Shown here one piece after another: positions 37,067 to 46,075 of a stretch of 64,000 nucleotides of DNA (positions within the stretch are counted from its first letter, which is position 1; every line of letters starts with the position of its first letter). Position numbers and translations under genes: made by a program. Under the pieces are notes generated by a model. It ran no database searches. It was given only the letters and a program-made list of their open reading frames with translations, and was not told the origin of the DNA. The DNA comes from a virus (lineage: Duplodnaviria; Caudoviricetes), in IMG/VR virus record IMGVR_UViG_3300022915_000001, positions 9,210 to 73,209 of that record; one strand, given 5' to 3'.

Positions 37067-37508
37067 CTGTTTCCCCTTGTTTCACAGACGTTCCACGCTC
37101 TTTCGCTTCCTGTTCCACGGAGGGTTCCACGGGAACCCACTCGCCCCCGTAGGACGACTGCCACGCCTCCTCGTCCGTCAGGCTCAGGCGCCTGCGCTCC
37201 GCGGCGGTCAAGCGCCGCAAATGCCGCTCATGATCCGTCGCCGCGCGAGGCAACTGCGAGATCTCGGCCTTCCAGTACGTCCCCGGCAACGCCTCCCGCC
37301 ACCGAATCAGCCACTTGTTCTTCCACGCCGCGCAAATGTGCTCCTCGCACGCCCGCCGCGCCAAAGCCGCCGTCTTGAAGTACCTCCCGCCCGGGCCCGC
37401 CATCAGCCGGCCCCTCGGCGGCGGCCCGAATGCCCACACCACATACCCGAAATACCCCGCCCCGTCCTTCACCACTTCCAACTGCCCCAAGATCCTCGGC
37501 TTCTTCAT
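37050..37508 (-). CDS. Hypothetical protein, 152 aa
   Basis: Start MKKPRILGQLE; Trp-rich and protein-like. Confidence 0.55.
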   Translation of the reverse strand: MKKPRILGQLEVVKDGAGYFGYVVWAFGPPPRGRLMAGPGGRYFKTAALARRACEEHICAAWKNKWLIRWREALPGTYWKAEISQLPRAATDHERHLRRLTAAERRRLSLTDEEAWQSSYGGEWVPVEPSVEQEAKERGTSVKQGETGEEGS

Positions 37509-37756
37509 CGCGCCAGCACCCGTCTCACAATGCGGGACGCCTCCAGCCCGTTGTCCTGCTCCAGATACTCCCCGTCCTTGAGTTGCATCATCCCCCGCAG
37601 AAGAGAAATCCTCTCCTCGGAGAAATCCCCGCCTACGAACTTCACCGTGCAGATACAACACACCGGCTTCTGCGCCACATACGCGAAAAGGTCCTTCTCC
37701 AGGTCCGTCCCGCAGATTCTGCACTGTTTCACTGCAACTTCACCTCTCCAGGACAT
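37505..37756 (-). CDS. Zinc-finger hypothetical protein
   Basis: CRIC...CCIC; GAGAGGTGAAG SD. Confidence 0.55.
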   Translation of the reverse strand: MSWRGEVAVKQCRICGTDLEKDLFAYVAQKPVCCICTVKFVGGDFSEERISLLRGMMQLKDGEYLEQDNGLEASRIVRRVLAR

Positions 37757-38020
37757 GCTACCTGGTCTTTGCGCAAATCACAATGCCGTAGATCCGCGTA
37801 AAGGGATGCCCAGAAACACGAACGCCCCGGCATATCTGATCTGCCAGGGCGAAACGTGCGTTAAATTTTCCTGCGGAACGTCGATTTACGCCCTGAGCGT
37901 ATCACGAAGCAACCGTTTTCACCAAATAGAAAAAAACCGCTTGCACTGCAACCGCTTTCGGGAGCAAGATTGGAATCGTTAAATTGCTCTGCCAGTCCGC
38001 TGCTGATCGAGCGTCGATCT

Positions 38021-38602
38021 ATGCCCAAAAACAAGAAGCGCGTAGCCCGTCCAGACGCCTGGAAAACCTTCCTCCGCGACAATCCTGACCGCTTTCCCAA
38101 CAACAACCGCCCCGGCCAGCCCAAACTCCCCGATCAGCGCCTCTCCAAGGCCGCCGAACACACGCTCCACCAGCAAATCCAGATTAAACCCTCTAAATCC
38201 CGCCGCCCACCTCGCCGCGGCTCCATGCCCCAAGGCAAAATCGAGGGCAAAAACTGGCGCCTCATCTTCTCGCGCGATGCCGGCCTTGACCGCCGCGCTC
38301 AATTCAACGTACCCTTCATCGAAGTCCCCCAACAAGGGAAATCCGCAGCAGTGACGCCAAAACCGGGAGAACCAGAAATCGAATCCGTCCACCCCGGTCC
38401 AAGCCCTGCGCCTCATACGGACTCGTGCGGCATGTCGTGCCCGACTGCCGGCGCTTCACTCCAACTCGGGCATTCTGACCCGATCGTCTCCAGGTCCCTT
38501 CCCGCTACCGTCGTAGCAGACCGGGACCGGAGGGCTGCTCCAGGGATGCGGGGAGAAGGAATTTTCCCCGGCGAAAGCCTAAGCGAAAGCGGCAAGACGT
38601 AG
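38021..38602 (+). CDS. Possible basic hypothetical protein
   Basis: MPKNKKRVARPDAWKTFLRDNPDRF...; isolated, and coding status is uncertain. Confidence 0.3.
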   Translation: MPKNKKRVARPDAWKTFLRDNPDRFPNNNRPGQPKLPDQRLSKAAEHTLHQQIQIKPSKSRRPPRRGSMPQGKIEGKNWRLIFSRDAGLDRRAQFNVPFIEVPQQGKSAAVTPKPGEPEIESVHPGPSPAPHTDSCGMSCPTAGASLQLGHSDPIVSRSLPATVVADRDRRAAPGMRGEGIFPGESLSESGKT

Positions 38603-39165
38603 CGCCGCCCGAATCCTGTGACCTCGAGACGCCCTCAAAAGCGTCCCCGAACTCGGACCTCCAGAGAAATACACAGGATTGTCGTGTCAACGGGGGGAAC
38701 GGGGGGATTCCTTCAATAGTCCGTTTTTCCCCTCAAATGCGGATATCTTCTCCCTGGTAGAAAATCCACCCTACCACCCTAAAAAAGGGGACCCGCGGCA
38801 AAATCGGGTACGGGGTATATAACAGTAAACAGATCTACTTGCACCGATCCGTAAGCTACCTCCCGCGGCAGGGACTGTCGCGGCTGCCCGCCCCTCAATC
38901 CCACTCCCAAAACGGGAAGTGCAGCCGTTCGCTGCAAGTTCGCAGCAGCCAGCAGCAGCACAGCCAGCAAGCGGCAATTGCCACTACCTACTCACCCACG
39001 GCTTCTTTCACGGACTCCACTCATCAACGGACACACCCCTTGGTCGGTCGCGCGCGGGACCCGCGGACGCGCGGGGCAGGGGGGCAGCCTCGCGCGTGAG
39101 ACGCCGGCGTCGTCTCGAGCCACGCACGAGACGAGACGTGGCGTAGACCAGGCCCACGCACGTAG

Positions 39166-39993
39166 CTACCCCTCGCCCACGTCCACGTCAAGGCCGGTGT
39201 CCTCGTCCCGAGGCGTACCCGACAATGCGAGTTGTAGGGTATCCTCACCTACCTCCAGGTCCAGGTCAGTCATCCCCAAGGCCGGTCCTGCCGGGGTTTC
39301 GACCTGAGCCGCTGACGGCGTCACGCGCCTTCGCGGATCGGTGATCCGGTGACGCGCCACTCCCGGCTCCGGTCCCGGCAACGGCTGGAGGCCCGACGCG
39401 AGGACCACCACCAGTGGGCCGTGGACGCTCCCGGCTCCGAACGAACCCTTGCCGGTCTGGGCCAACCACTCGCCGGTTTCGACCGCCGCCGCCCGTTCCA
39501 GCATTCGATCCTCGCAGAGCATGGCGCTATCTATCTCAGCGTCAACGACTTCCTCCCAGACGTGCAGTCCCATCCTCATCGAACGCCTACGCTTGACCAG
39601 GATGCCGGTATGGTCCCCCGGCACGGCGGGATCTGCTGCTGCTGCTCTCGCTTCGCGCACCTCTTCGAGCTTGTCTGCCCGAGCCTGGATGCGCCTGAGC
39701 CGATTCTCAGACTGAGTGATCGCTAATTGCCGAAACCTCGCATCTGATTCATTGGAAAGGGCTTGCTGGTTCCGCATCAGCCTAGCAGGAACGCAGTTAG
39801 CCTTATGGCGATGGATAACCGAGTCGTCTATCTCGAATTCGCTCTGAAGGGAAGCGTAGGTGCGGTCACCGGCCACGAGCAGGGCGTCGAGGCGGTCGCG
39901 GTCTGGGTGGGAGCAAGCGCCGCAGCGGGGGCCGGGACGGCGGTCAGGCAGACCAAATTTCTCTCCAGACCAGGCGCTATCCTCATGGTTCAT
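39166..39993 (-). CDS. terS: Terminase small subunit-like protein
   Basis: N-terminal CGACSHPDRDRLDALL...SVIHRHKAN HTH-type motif and TGILVKR...EIDSAML.E.R.LERAAAVETGEW, resembling TerS families. Confidence 0.6.
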   Translation of the reverse strand: MNHEDSAWSGEKFGLPDRRPGPRCGACSHPDRDRLDALLVAGDRTYASLQSEFEIDDSVIHRHKANCVPARLMRNQQALSNESDARFRQLAITQSENRLRRIQARADKLEEVREARAAAADPAVPGDHTGILVKRRRSMRMGLHVWEEVVDAEIDSAMLCEDRMLERAAAVETGEWLAQTGKGSFGAGSVHGPLVVVLASGLQPLPGPEPGVARHRITDPRRRVTPSAAQVETPAGPALGMTDLDLEVGEDTLQLALSGTPRDEDTGLDVDVGEG

Positions 39994-40121
39994 ATGGTAC
40001 TTAAAAGAAACTTTCGTTTTTCTTGAAATTCAGTGTAACTTTCTTTCGGGAACTCGCATCTGTACATTCGACCGCCGAAATGGCGAGCCGAAAAAACCGA
40101 GTGGAAGGAACCGAAAGAAGC

Positions 40122-40568
40122 ATGAAACAAGTGAACCGCAAAGTCGAAGGGACCGCAACTGTGATCCGGTTGGGATCGTGGATGAGCGCGACGGGGCCGC
40201 AGTGGGAAAGCCCGAGCGTGACGTTCGCCATCGCCGGGGAGGATCTGACGTGGAGGGCGAGTGACGAGCACGCCGTAAGGGATCTCATGGAGGGGGAGGA
40301 AGTCTGGATACGTGGCTTCGTCAACGCCGAGGGCCGCATCACACGGGTCAAGTTCTGGCGCGGTCAGCCGGTGGAGGACGGGCCGAGCGCCGAGCAGAAG
40401 GCGGCTCTGGCGAAGTTCGCGGCGGCGAACGGGAGGACGTGGAAGCAAGCTCTGGGGCATTGCTGGATGACGGGCATCTACAGCCGGTCTGACGATGCCG
40501 GTTACTTGCAGCAGGTCAGGAACCAGTTCGGGCCGTCGTGGCTGATGCGGTACAAGCTCACCAGCTAG
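40122..40568 (+). CDS. Hypothetical protein, first gene of the plus-strand small-gene array
   Basis: C-terminal EQKAALAKFAAANGRTWKQAL...LQQVRNQFGPSWL domain. Confidence 0.65.
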   Translation: MKQVNRKVEGTATVIRLGSWMSATGPQWESPSVTFAIAGEDLTWRASDEHAVRDLMEGEEVWIRGFVNAEGRITRVKFWRGQPVEDGPSAEQKAALAKFAAANGRTWKQALGHCWMTGIYSRSDDAGYLQQVRNQFGPSWLMRYKLTS

Positions 40569-40572
40569 TGAA

Positions 40573-40651
40573 ACCGGCGGTGATACGCCGGTAATCGGGG
40601 GATAGCCTCCCCGGTCATGAAGATCAGGCTAGGTGAAGGAAGAGAGCAATG
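40573..40651 (+). repeat. Two-hairpin leader element, copy 1 (variant)
   Basis: ACCGGCG/CGCCGGT stem, GGGGA/TCCCC stem, then AGGTGAAGGA...ATG. Confidence 0.65.
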
Positions 40652-40945
40652 AAGTCGATAATACTGGGGCTGCTCCTTGCAGCGATGATGTACGGCGAGG
40701 CGGTCCATTTCGGAGCGAACTCGAAGGTGTTTCACACGTCAACGACGTGCAGCGCCAAGGGCGGGAAGCACAAGCTCACGTCAGAGCGCAGCGTAGCCGA
40801 GGCCCACGGGATGCGGCTGTGCAAGCGGTGCGCCGGTCATGCGGCGGCTTGCACGACGGACGCCGACTGCGAGGCCAAGGCGAAGGCGAAGGCGGCGAAG
40901 ACGGGCAACGGCAAGTGGGCGCAGGTAGCGCAGGAGGTGAAGTAG
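40649..40945 (+). CDS. Small protein with a signal-peptide-like N-terminus and an Ada-like zinc-binding motif
   Basis: MKSIILGLLLAAMMYG, then VFHTSTTC...AEAHGMRLCKRC. Confidence 0.6.
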   Translation: MKSIILGLLLAAMMYGEAVHFGANSKVFHTSTTCSAKGGKHKLTSERSVAEAHGMRLCKRCAGHAAACTTDADCEAKAKAKAAKTGNGKWAQVAQEVK

Positions 40946-40947
40946 TC

Positions 40948-41394
40948 ATGGCGATGACAACGGAAGCGTGGCGCGAGGTGATGATCGCGATGCCCCCGGC
41001 GCAGTTGGCGGCGGTGAAGGCGGCGATGGAGACGCTGAGGGCGTGGCCCGAGTTCAACCGGGAGTGGGGCTGGACGGGGATCAAGTCGCTGGAGGTGACG
41101 GCGGCTTACGCGATGGAGCACCAGCGCAACGGGGGCCGGGGCTGGATGGATCAGACGCCCGAGGAGCGGCGGCGGTACTACGACGGGGCCGAGTGGCGGT
41201 TCGTCGATCCGCTCCCGGCGGTCAACGTGGACCAGTTGCGTGAGCAATGGGAGGGGGAAGACCTGGAGTTGCTGAACGAGGCGACGAAGGGCTGTGAGGG
41301 GGAGATGACGTGCCGGGAGTTGGCGAGGCGGCTGAACAACGTGGGCGGCGTCATCACCGAGGCAGAGTTGGAGGCGATGACCGGGGCTAGGTAA
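40948..41394 (+). CDS. Hypothetical protein
   Basis: SD GGAGGTGA; protein-like. Confidence 0.6.
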   Translation: MAMTTEAWREVMIAMPPAQLAAVKAAMETLRAWPEFNREWGWTGIKSLEVTAAYAMEHQRNGGRGWMDQTPEERRRYYDGAEWRFVDPLPAVNVDQLREQWEGEDLELLNEATKGCEGEMTCRELARRLNNVGGVITEAELEAMTGAR

Positions 41395-41476
41395 GCATCG
41401 CGGAGGCGGCTCTGTCGCAGCAGAGCCGTTGCCACTGGGATGATTCCCGAATTCTTGATACGAGGTGAAAGACATG
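41393..41476 (+). repeat. Two-hairpin leader element, copy 2
   Basis: AAGCATCGCGGA-GGCGGCTCTG/CAGAGCCGTT-CTGGGATGATTCCC...GAGGTGAAAGACATG. Confidence 0.85.
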
Positions 41477-42019
41477 ACTGGATTGTTAGGCGACGTGAAG
41501 CAGTGGGCGCTGGTGCTCGAAGGCGGGGACGGGGGCCGGGGCTTCCCGAGCCGAGTGTACCTGTACCCGAGCCGGGATGCGGCTGAGAAGGGGTTGCAGG
41601 ACTACGTGCGGCGCAACGGCGGCTTCGAGGGGTTGGAGGACGACGAGGACAACTTCGACATGGACGACGCGATCCGCGAGTACTTCGACGAGGAGCGCGA
41701 GGACTACTCCATCGGCGTGGTGCTCGAACCGGAGCGCGTGGTGATCGAACCGGCACTGGCGGTCCCGCCGGTAACGTGGGGGCCTGAGAACCCCGAGGTT
41801 GCGCGGCTGACCCGTGAGGCGCTGGAAGCTGGCCGCTGGTTCTGGCTGAAAGACGCCGTGGGCGAGGAGGCGACGATGAGCGCGTGCCAACGGTACGCCT
41901 ACAGCCGGTTGAACAACGAGCTACTGGCTCTGGGTGCGCCGGTCCCCTCAGGGGACGAGTTGTATGAGTGGGCGTTGGCGAAGTGGGGCAAGGACCGGCT
42001 GCATCCCAAGGGCCGGTAA
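41474..42019 (+). CDS. Hypothetical acidic protein
   Basis: GAGGTGAA SD plus ATG. Confidence 0.65.
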   Translation: MTGLLGDVKQWALVLEGGDGGRGFPSRVYLYPSRDAAEKGLQDYVRRNGGFEGLEDDEDNFDMDDAIREYFDEEREDYSIGVVLEPERVVIEPALAVPPVTWGPENPEVARLTREALEAGRWFWLKDAVGEEATMSACQRYAYSRLNNELLALGAPVPSGDELYEWALAKWGKDRLHPKGR

Positions 42020-42089
42020 GTCTCGCGGCGGCGGCTCTGAGTGTGAACAGAGCCGCACACTGGGAAACTTCCCGAGGTGAAAGAACATG
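42020..42089 (+). repeat. Two-hairpin leader element, copy 3
   Basis: GCGGCTCTG/CAGAGCCGC, CTGGGAAACTTCCC, GAGGTGAAAGAACATG. Confidence 0.85.
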
Positions 42090-42287
42090 GCAAAAGCAAA
42101 GGCAATCCTTCCGAGCCTGGATCGCGTGATGGCGGCAGTGCGTTCGGACGAGTTCATGGCGTTCTGCGTGGCGTGCGGGGACGAGGCGTATGGCCTGGAA
42201 CCGGACACTCGCGCCGAGCCGTGCGAGGCGTGCGGCAAGAAGGCTGTTTTCGGAGCGCAGGAACTGCTGCTCAGGATGGTGGCGTGA
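42087..42287 (+). CDS. Zinc-ribbon microprotein, 66 aa
   Basis: FCVACG...EPCEACGKKAVFG. Confidence 0.7.
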   Translation: MAKAKAILPSLDRVMAAVRSDEFMAFCVACGDEAYGLEPDTRAEPCEACGKKAVFGAQELLLRMVA

Positions 42288-42562
42288 TGGCGGCGGCAAC
42301 GACGGCAACGCAGATGATCGTGGCCGTGGGCCAGATCGTCCAGTGGAACGTGGGCGGCGTGGCGGTCCAGGTGATCGTGTGCGACGTGAAGACGGCGTGG
42401 GGCAAGAACCGGCTGCTGATCGAGCCGAAAGCCGGTCACGGGCGCGTCTGGGTCGAACTGTCCAGCGTCTCGCTCCCGGCGGCGGCGGCGTTCCAGTGCG
42501 CGGTCTGCCGTGGCGGGATCGAAGTGAACGGCGCGTGCTGGGAATGCGGGGACGTGCGATGA
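42287..42562 (+). CDS. Hypothetical protein with a C-terminal zinc finger
   Basis: TGATG overlap; CAVC...CWEC. Confidence 0.6.
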   Translation: MAAATTATQMIVAVGQIVQWNVGGVAVQVIVCDVKTAWGKNRLLIEPKAGHGRVWVELSSVSLPAAAAFQCAVCRGGIEVNGACWECGDVR

Positions 42563-42876
42563 AGATCCTCGTGACCGGGAACACGTACCCTCATCGCGTG
42601 GCTCTCCGCGCAATGGGCGGCGAGTGGGATGCGGGGAGCAAGGGCTGGAGGTTCGACGAGGCTGACGCCGAGGCGGCTCGTGAGATCGTGGCCGGTCCCG
42701 CACCGGCCAAGCGCGTGACCGGCGGCGGTTCGCGTGGGCGGTTCGGGCGCAAGGGCGGCGGCGGCTCAGGCATGGGCGGGGAGATCATCTACACGACGTT
42801 TTCCTCAGGGGAGACGGTGTACCGCAACGCCCGAGGGCGATGCGAGGACGCGCCCTGTTGCGGTTGTTGCTCCTGA
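42559..42876 (+). CDS. Hypothetical protein
   Basis: GNTYPHRVALRAMGGEWD...GWRF N-terminal domain; ends RCEDAPCCGCCS. Confidence 0.65.
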   Translation: MKILVTGNTYPHRVALRAMGGEWDAGSKGWRFDEADAEAAREIVAGPAPAKRVTGGGSRGRFGRKGGGGSGMGGEIIYTTFSSGETVYRNARGRCEDAPCCGCCS

Positions 42877-42881
42877 CTCAG

Positions 42882-42959
42882 AAAGCATCGCCGAGGCGGC
42901 TGTGACAGAGCCGCACTCTGGGATTCTTCCCGAAATTCAAACCGAGGTGAAACGAGATG
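42882..42959 (+). repeat. Two-hairpin leader element, copy 4
   Basis: AAGCATCGCCGAG-GCGGCT/AGCCGC, CTGGGATTCTTCCC...GAGGTGAAACGAGATG. Confidence 0.85.
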
Positions 42960-43238
42960 GGCATGACGATTGAGAAACGGGTCCAGGTGACGCTGGACTA
43001 CACCGCCGACGAGTGGGAGTTGTACTCTCACCGGCAAGGCGCGGCTGATGCGGCGTATGAGATCAACGTCGCGATTGAGACGGCGGTCAACGCCGGTCTG
43101 ACGCGCCGGGAAGTGGAGACGGCGCTCGATCCGGTGATGCACCGGCACGCCGATCTGGGCGCGTTGGACGGTGAGCCGCTCTCGAAGCTGGAGCGCATTC
43201 TGGACAAGATCTACGGCAAGGAGGCGCGGCGATGGTAG
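42957..43238 (+). CDS. Hypothetical protein, 93 aa
   Basis: ORF track; SD. Confidence 0.65.
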   Translation: MGMTIEKRVQVTLDYTADEWELYSHRQGAADAAYEINVAIETAVNAGLTRREVETALDPVMHRHADLGALDGEPLSKLERILDKIYGKEARRW

Positions 43239-43717
43239 GGCTGACGCAGGACGAGACGATGGCGGCGGTTCTCGCCGTCCTGAACCGGCGCGGCGTGAAA
43301 TCGACGCTCGAATACCCCGGCTATCTGCAAGTGGGCTTGCAGCAGTACGGCACGACGGGCGAGACGTGGAGCGGGGACGTGTACGAGAGCGAGAAGGCGT
43401 TCCTCGAAGGCGAAGCGCCGATAGAGTGCCTGACCTCCGATATCCCGGTCGAGAGCGCGGACGTGAAGCGCATCGCCGACTGGATTACGTGCAACCAGTT
43501 GCTGCCCAAGCCTGACCGGCAGCGCCAAGCGCGGCGCGAGGCGATGCAAGCCAAGTGGAACACGGCTATGAGCCTCCTGCTCGAATTGGCCGAGGACGAC
43601 GACGCCTTCAACGACGCCGTGGACGAGGACCACGGCGGGAAGTACGAACTGGAGGAGTCCTTCGACGAGTGGGTCTTCGCGACGATGGTCAAGGTGCGGT
43701 TCGTCCCGGCGAAGTAG
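43232..43717 (+). CDS. Hypothetical protein, 161 aa
   Basis: ORF track; overlaps the previous stop. Confidence 0.65.
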   Translation: MVGLTQDETMAAVLAVLNRRGVKSTLEYPGYLQVGLQQYGTTGETWSGDVYESEKAFLEGEAPIECLTSDIPVESADVKRIADWITCNQLLPKPDRQRQARREAMQAKWNTAMSLLLELAEDDDAFNDAVDEDHGGKYELEESFDEWVFATMVKVRFVPAK

Positions 43718-43781
43718 CGCGGCGGCGGCATTCTCGCGAGTGCCGTCCACTGGGAAACTTCCCGAGGTGAAAGAAAGCATG
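43718..43781 (+). repeat. Two-hairpin leader element, copy 5
   Basis: GGCGGCATTC/GAGTGCCGTC (two G-U pairs), CTGGGAAACTTCCC, GAGGTGAAAGAAAGCATG. Confidence 0.85.
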
Positions 43782-44324
43782 ACGAAGAAAGAAGCGATGA
43801 CGATGGCGGCTGAACTGGCCGTGGCATTGGGCGCGAAACGGGGCAAGGGGTTCACCGGCCATCGCTGGCTGATGGTCCCCGGCTCCTGCCTGATTGCCTA
43901 CGTGACCGGCGGCGATCACGGGCTGCGGTATGTGGTTCGCCACAACGACGGCGAGGACGTGTGCAGCGTGCGGCTGATGAAGGGCGACGGGCGCATGAAG
44001 ACGTTTCAGGAGACGGTGATCGGCGAGTCGATCCGGTTTGACCGGCAGTCGATTGTCGAGGCCATCTGGGCGAAGGCGGGAGCGCAGCATGAACTGCGGA
44101 CGCCTGACCGCTGGCCCTACCGGCCCATGACCGAGGCAGAGGCCAAGGTCAAGGCGGTCGAGACGGCGGCGCTCAACGAGGGCCGCGAGTTCCAGGCAGT
44201 GCCGGTCAGGTACGGGAGCGGCGAGACCGGCTGGGACGTTTCGCCGGTCGATCTGGACGAGCGCGTGGCGGCGGCACTCCGCGCCGAGCACGAGCGCAGC
44301 CTGTCGAAGAGGTGGCCCGAATAG
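43779..44324 (+). CDS. Hypothetical protein, 181 aa
   Basis: SD plus ATG after the repeat. Confidence 0.65.
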   Translation: MTKKEAMTMAAELAVALGAKRGKGFTGHRWLMVPGSCLIAYVTGGDHGLRYVVRHNDGEDVCSVRLMKGDGRMKTFQETVIGESIRFDRQSIVEAIWAKAGAQHELRTPDRWPYRPMTEAEAKVKAVETAALNEGREFQAVPVRYGSGETGWDVSPVDLDERVAAALRAEHERSLSKRWPE

Positions 44325-44469
44325 GGCCGCTTCGAGCGCCGGTCACGCGCGGCTGACTCCTGGAGAATCAAGGCCGGCCGGCCTTGGCGGCCCAGACCAG
44401 GCCCACGGGAGAGCTGCGCCTGGTGCGCGAGCGCCGGCAATTTTCCCAAAAAAACAATGTAACCGGCAC

Positions 44470-44522
44470 GAATAAAGTTGCGTCGTTACATTTGATCGTG
44501 ACAGAATGAAAGACGAGGTGAA
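44470..44522 (+). promoter_or_regulatory. Sigma70-like promoter (copy A of a repeated promoter)
   Basis: AATAAAG-TTGCGT-18-CAGAAT...GAGGTGAA in an AT-rich island. Confidence 0.55.
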
Positions 44523-44529
44523 ACAAGAC

Positions 44530-45234
44530 ATGGCAAATTTCCGAGACTACTTCGCGTATAACCGCGACACCGATCAGAGCGAACGGATGGCAATCCCCGA
44601 GTGGGCGCTTGCCGCCGGTTTCGAGGACGCTTCCTACTCCAACGACGTGGCGGCGCAGATGACGCTGAAGTCGAACCCGTGGATCGCGCTCTTTGTGAGC
44701 GAAGAGCATCCGCTCAACCGGGAGTACCCCGACGAGCCGCGCTACGGTCTGGGCGTGTTCCCGCTCTACGACGGCGATACCGGCGAGGCTGAGTTCTTCC
44801 TCAAGTCCGACGACGAGGCTGAGATCCTCGCGTTCCTCGCGTCCCCGCCGCCGAGGTTCACGGCGATGGCGGCTCCCGGCGCGGAGGGCGCGGCTGACCG
44901 GCCCAAGCCGATCCGGTGCGCCAGTGAGCACTGCCATCAGGAGGTGCAGCCGGTCCCCGCCGGTCTGGACCCGTCCTTGTGCGCGTTGTGCAACGCAGAG
45001 GCGGCTGAAGAGAAGTTTGAAGCCGAGCGCAAGGCGTGGGCGCGGCGTCACGGCATCGCCCAGCGCATGGTGACGGTGACCGTGGCCTCCGAGGACGGCG
45101 AGGTGCTCGATCAATTCGAGGTGCGCCACTGGCAGGACGAGGACATGGGCGAGGACGCCGAGGGCGTCTGGTCTGGCGCAGCCGAGGGGTTGCTCACGGC
45201 GCGGATACGCCGGTACGTTCACGACGGGCAATAG
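44530..45234 (+). CDS. Paralog family member 1 (IPxWA...GF domain)
   Basis: IPEWALAAGFEDASYSND...FFLKSDDEAEILAFLASPP. Confidence 0.7.
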   Translation: MANFRDYFAYNRDTDQSERMAIPEWALAAGFEDASYSNDVAAQMTLKSNPWIALFVSEEHPLNREYPDEPRYGLGVFPLYDGDTGEAEFFLKSDDEAEILAFLASPPPRFTAMAAPGAEGAADRPKPIRCASEHCHQEVQPVPAGLDPSLCALCNAEAAEEKFEAERKAWARRHGIAQRMVTVTVASEDGEVLDQFEVRHWQDEDMGEDAEGVWSGAAEGLLTARIRRYVHDGQ

Positions 45235-45245
45235 GCTCACAAGGG

Positions 45246-45310
45246 ACCGGCGCACGCCGCCGGTTCAAGTGCGAATCTATCGCAAATTCCGAGACGAGGT
45301 GAAGACAATG
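45246..45310 (+). repeat. Two-hairpin leader element, copy 6 (covariant hairpin 2)
   Basis: ACCGGCG/CGCCGGT, TGCGA/TCGCA, then AATTCCGAGACGAGGTGAAGACAATG. Confidence 0.65.
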
Positions 45311-46075
45311 ACCGAATACGATGCGGCAGAACTGGACCGCGAGATGCAGGGCCACAAGATCCCCATGTGGGCGTGGAAGGCGGGGTTCGACTGGAACTGG
45401 TTTCGCGACGACGAGATCAACTCCATCGGCGGGACGCGCGGGATGGCGCGGCTCTGGATCGCCGACAAAGGCAAGGAATCGCCCTGCCGCTACACGCTGC
45501 TGAACAGCGTCATCGACACCGACGAGACGAAGACGTTTCTCAGGACCGACGACGCCGCTGACGTGATCGCCTTCCTGGCCGATCCCCCGGCTGAGTGGAC
45601 GGCGTGGGAAGTGGCGAACGAGATCATGCACGATGCAACCGATTTGGGCGGCAAGGGGTTCGCGCTGGCCGAGATCAAGTGCTTCGAGGATCTGCACAAC
45701 CATCTGGACCCGAACGAGTACGGCTCCAGCGCACGGCAAGCGGCTGACGGCACGCCGGGAGCGCCGGGATGGCATCCCGACGAAACGCTCGATTGCGCGT
45801 ACTGGAACGACGTTCACGAGCGCGTCGATCAGTGGATCAGAAACGGCTTCTGCTTCGCACGCATGAGGGCCGAGCAGCGGTACGCCAAGGCGAAGAAGCT
45901 GCTCGCCGAGGCGGTGGAGGCGGGGATGGTGTACGGCGCTGCCGTCCAGACCTTGCAGGACGAGATGCGCGTGGCCTTCTCAGACAACCTGCTCGTCATC
46001 AGCGAAGCCGATATCGAGTACGGCACGACGTTCGATCAGTTGTGCGATGCCGTGGGCGTGGAGGTGTCGAAATGA
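45308..46075 (+). CDS. Paralog family member 2
   Basis: IPMWAWKAGFDWNWFRDD...TFLRTDDAADVIAFLADPP. Confidence 0.7.
   Translation: MTEYDAAELDREMQGHKIPMWAWKAGFDWNWFRDDEINSIGGTRGMARLWIADKGKESPCRYTLLNSVIDTDETKTFLRTDDAADVIAFLADPPAEWTAWEVANEIMHDATDLGGKGFALAEIKCFEDLHNHLDPNEYGSSARQAADGTPGAPGWHPDETLDCAYWNDVHERVDQWIRNGFCFARMRAEQRYAKAKKLLAEAVEAGMVYGAAVQTLQDEMRVAFSDNLLVISEADIEYGTTFDQLCDAVGVEVSK

Noticed and set aside
36968-37801. Pro/Arg-rich plus-strand ORFs over a C-rich stretch
   Set aside because: They mirror G-rich minus-strand coding genes and show no independent coding signals.
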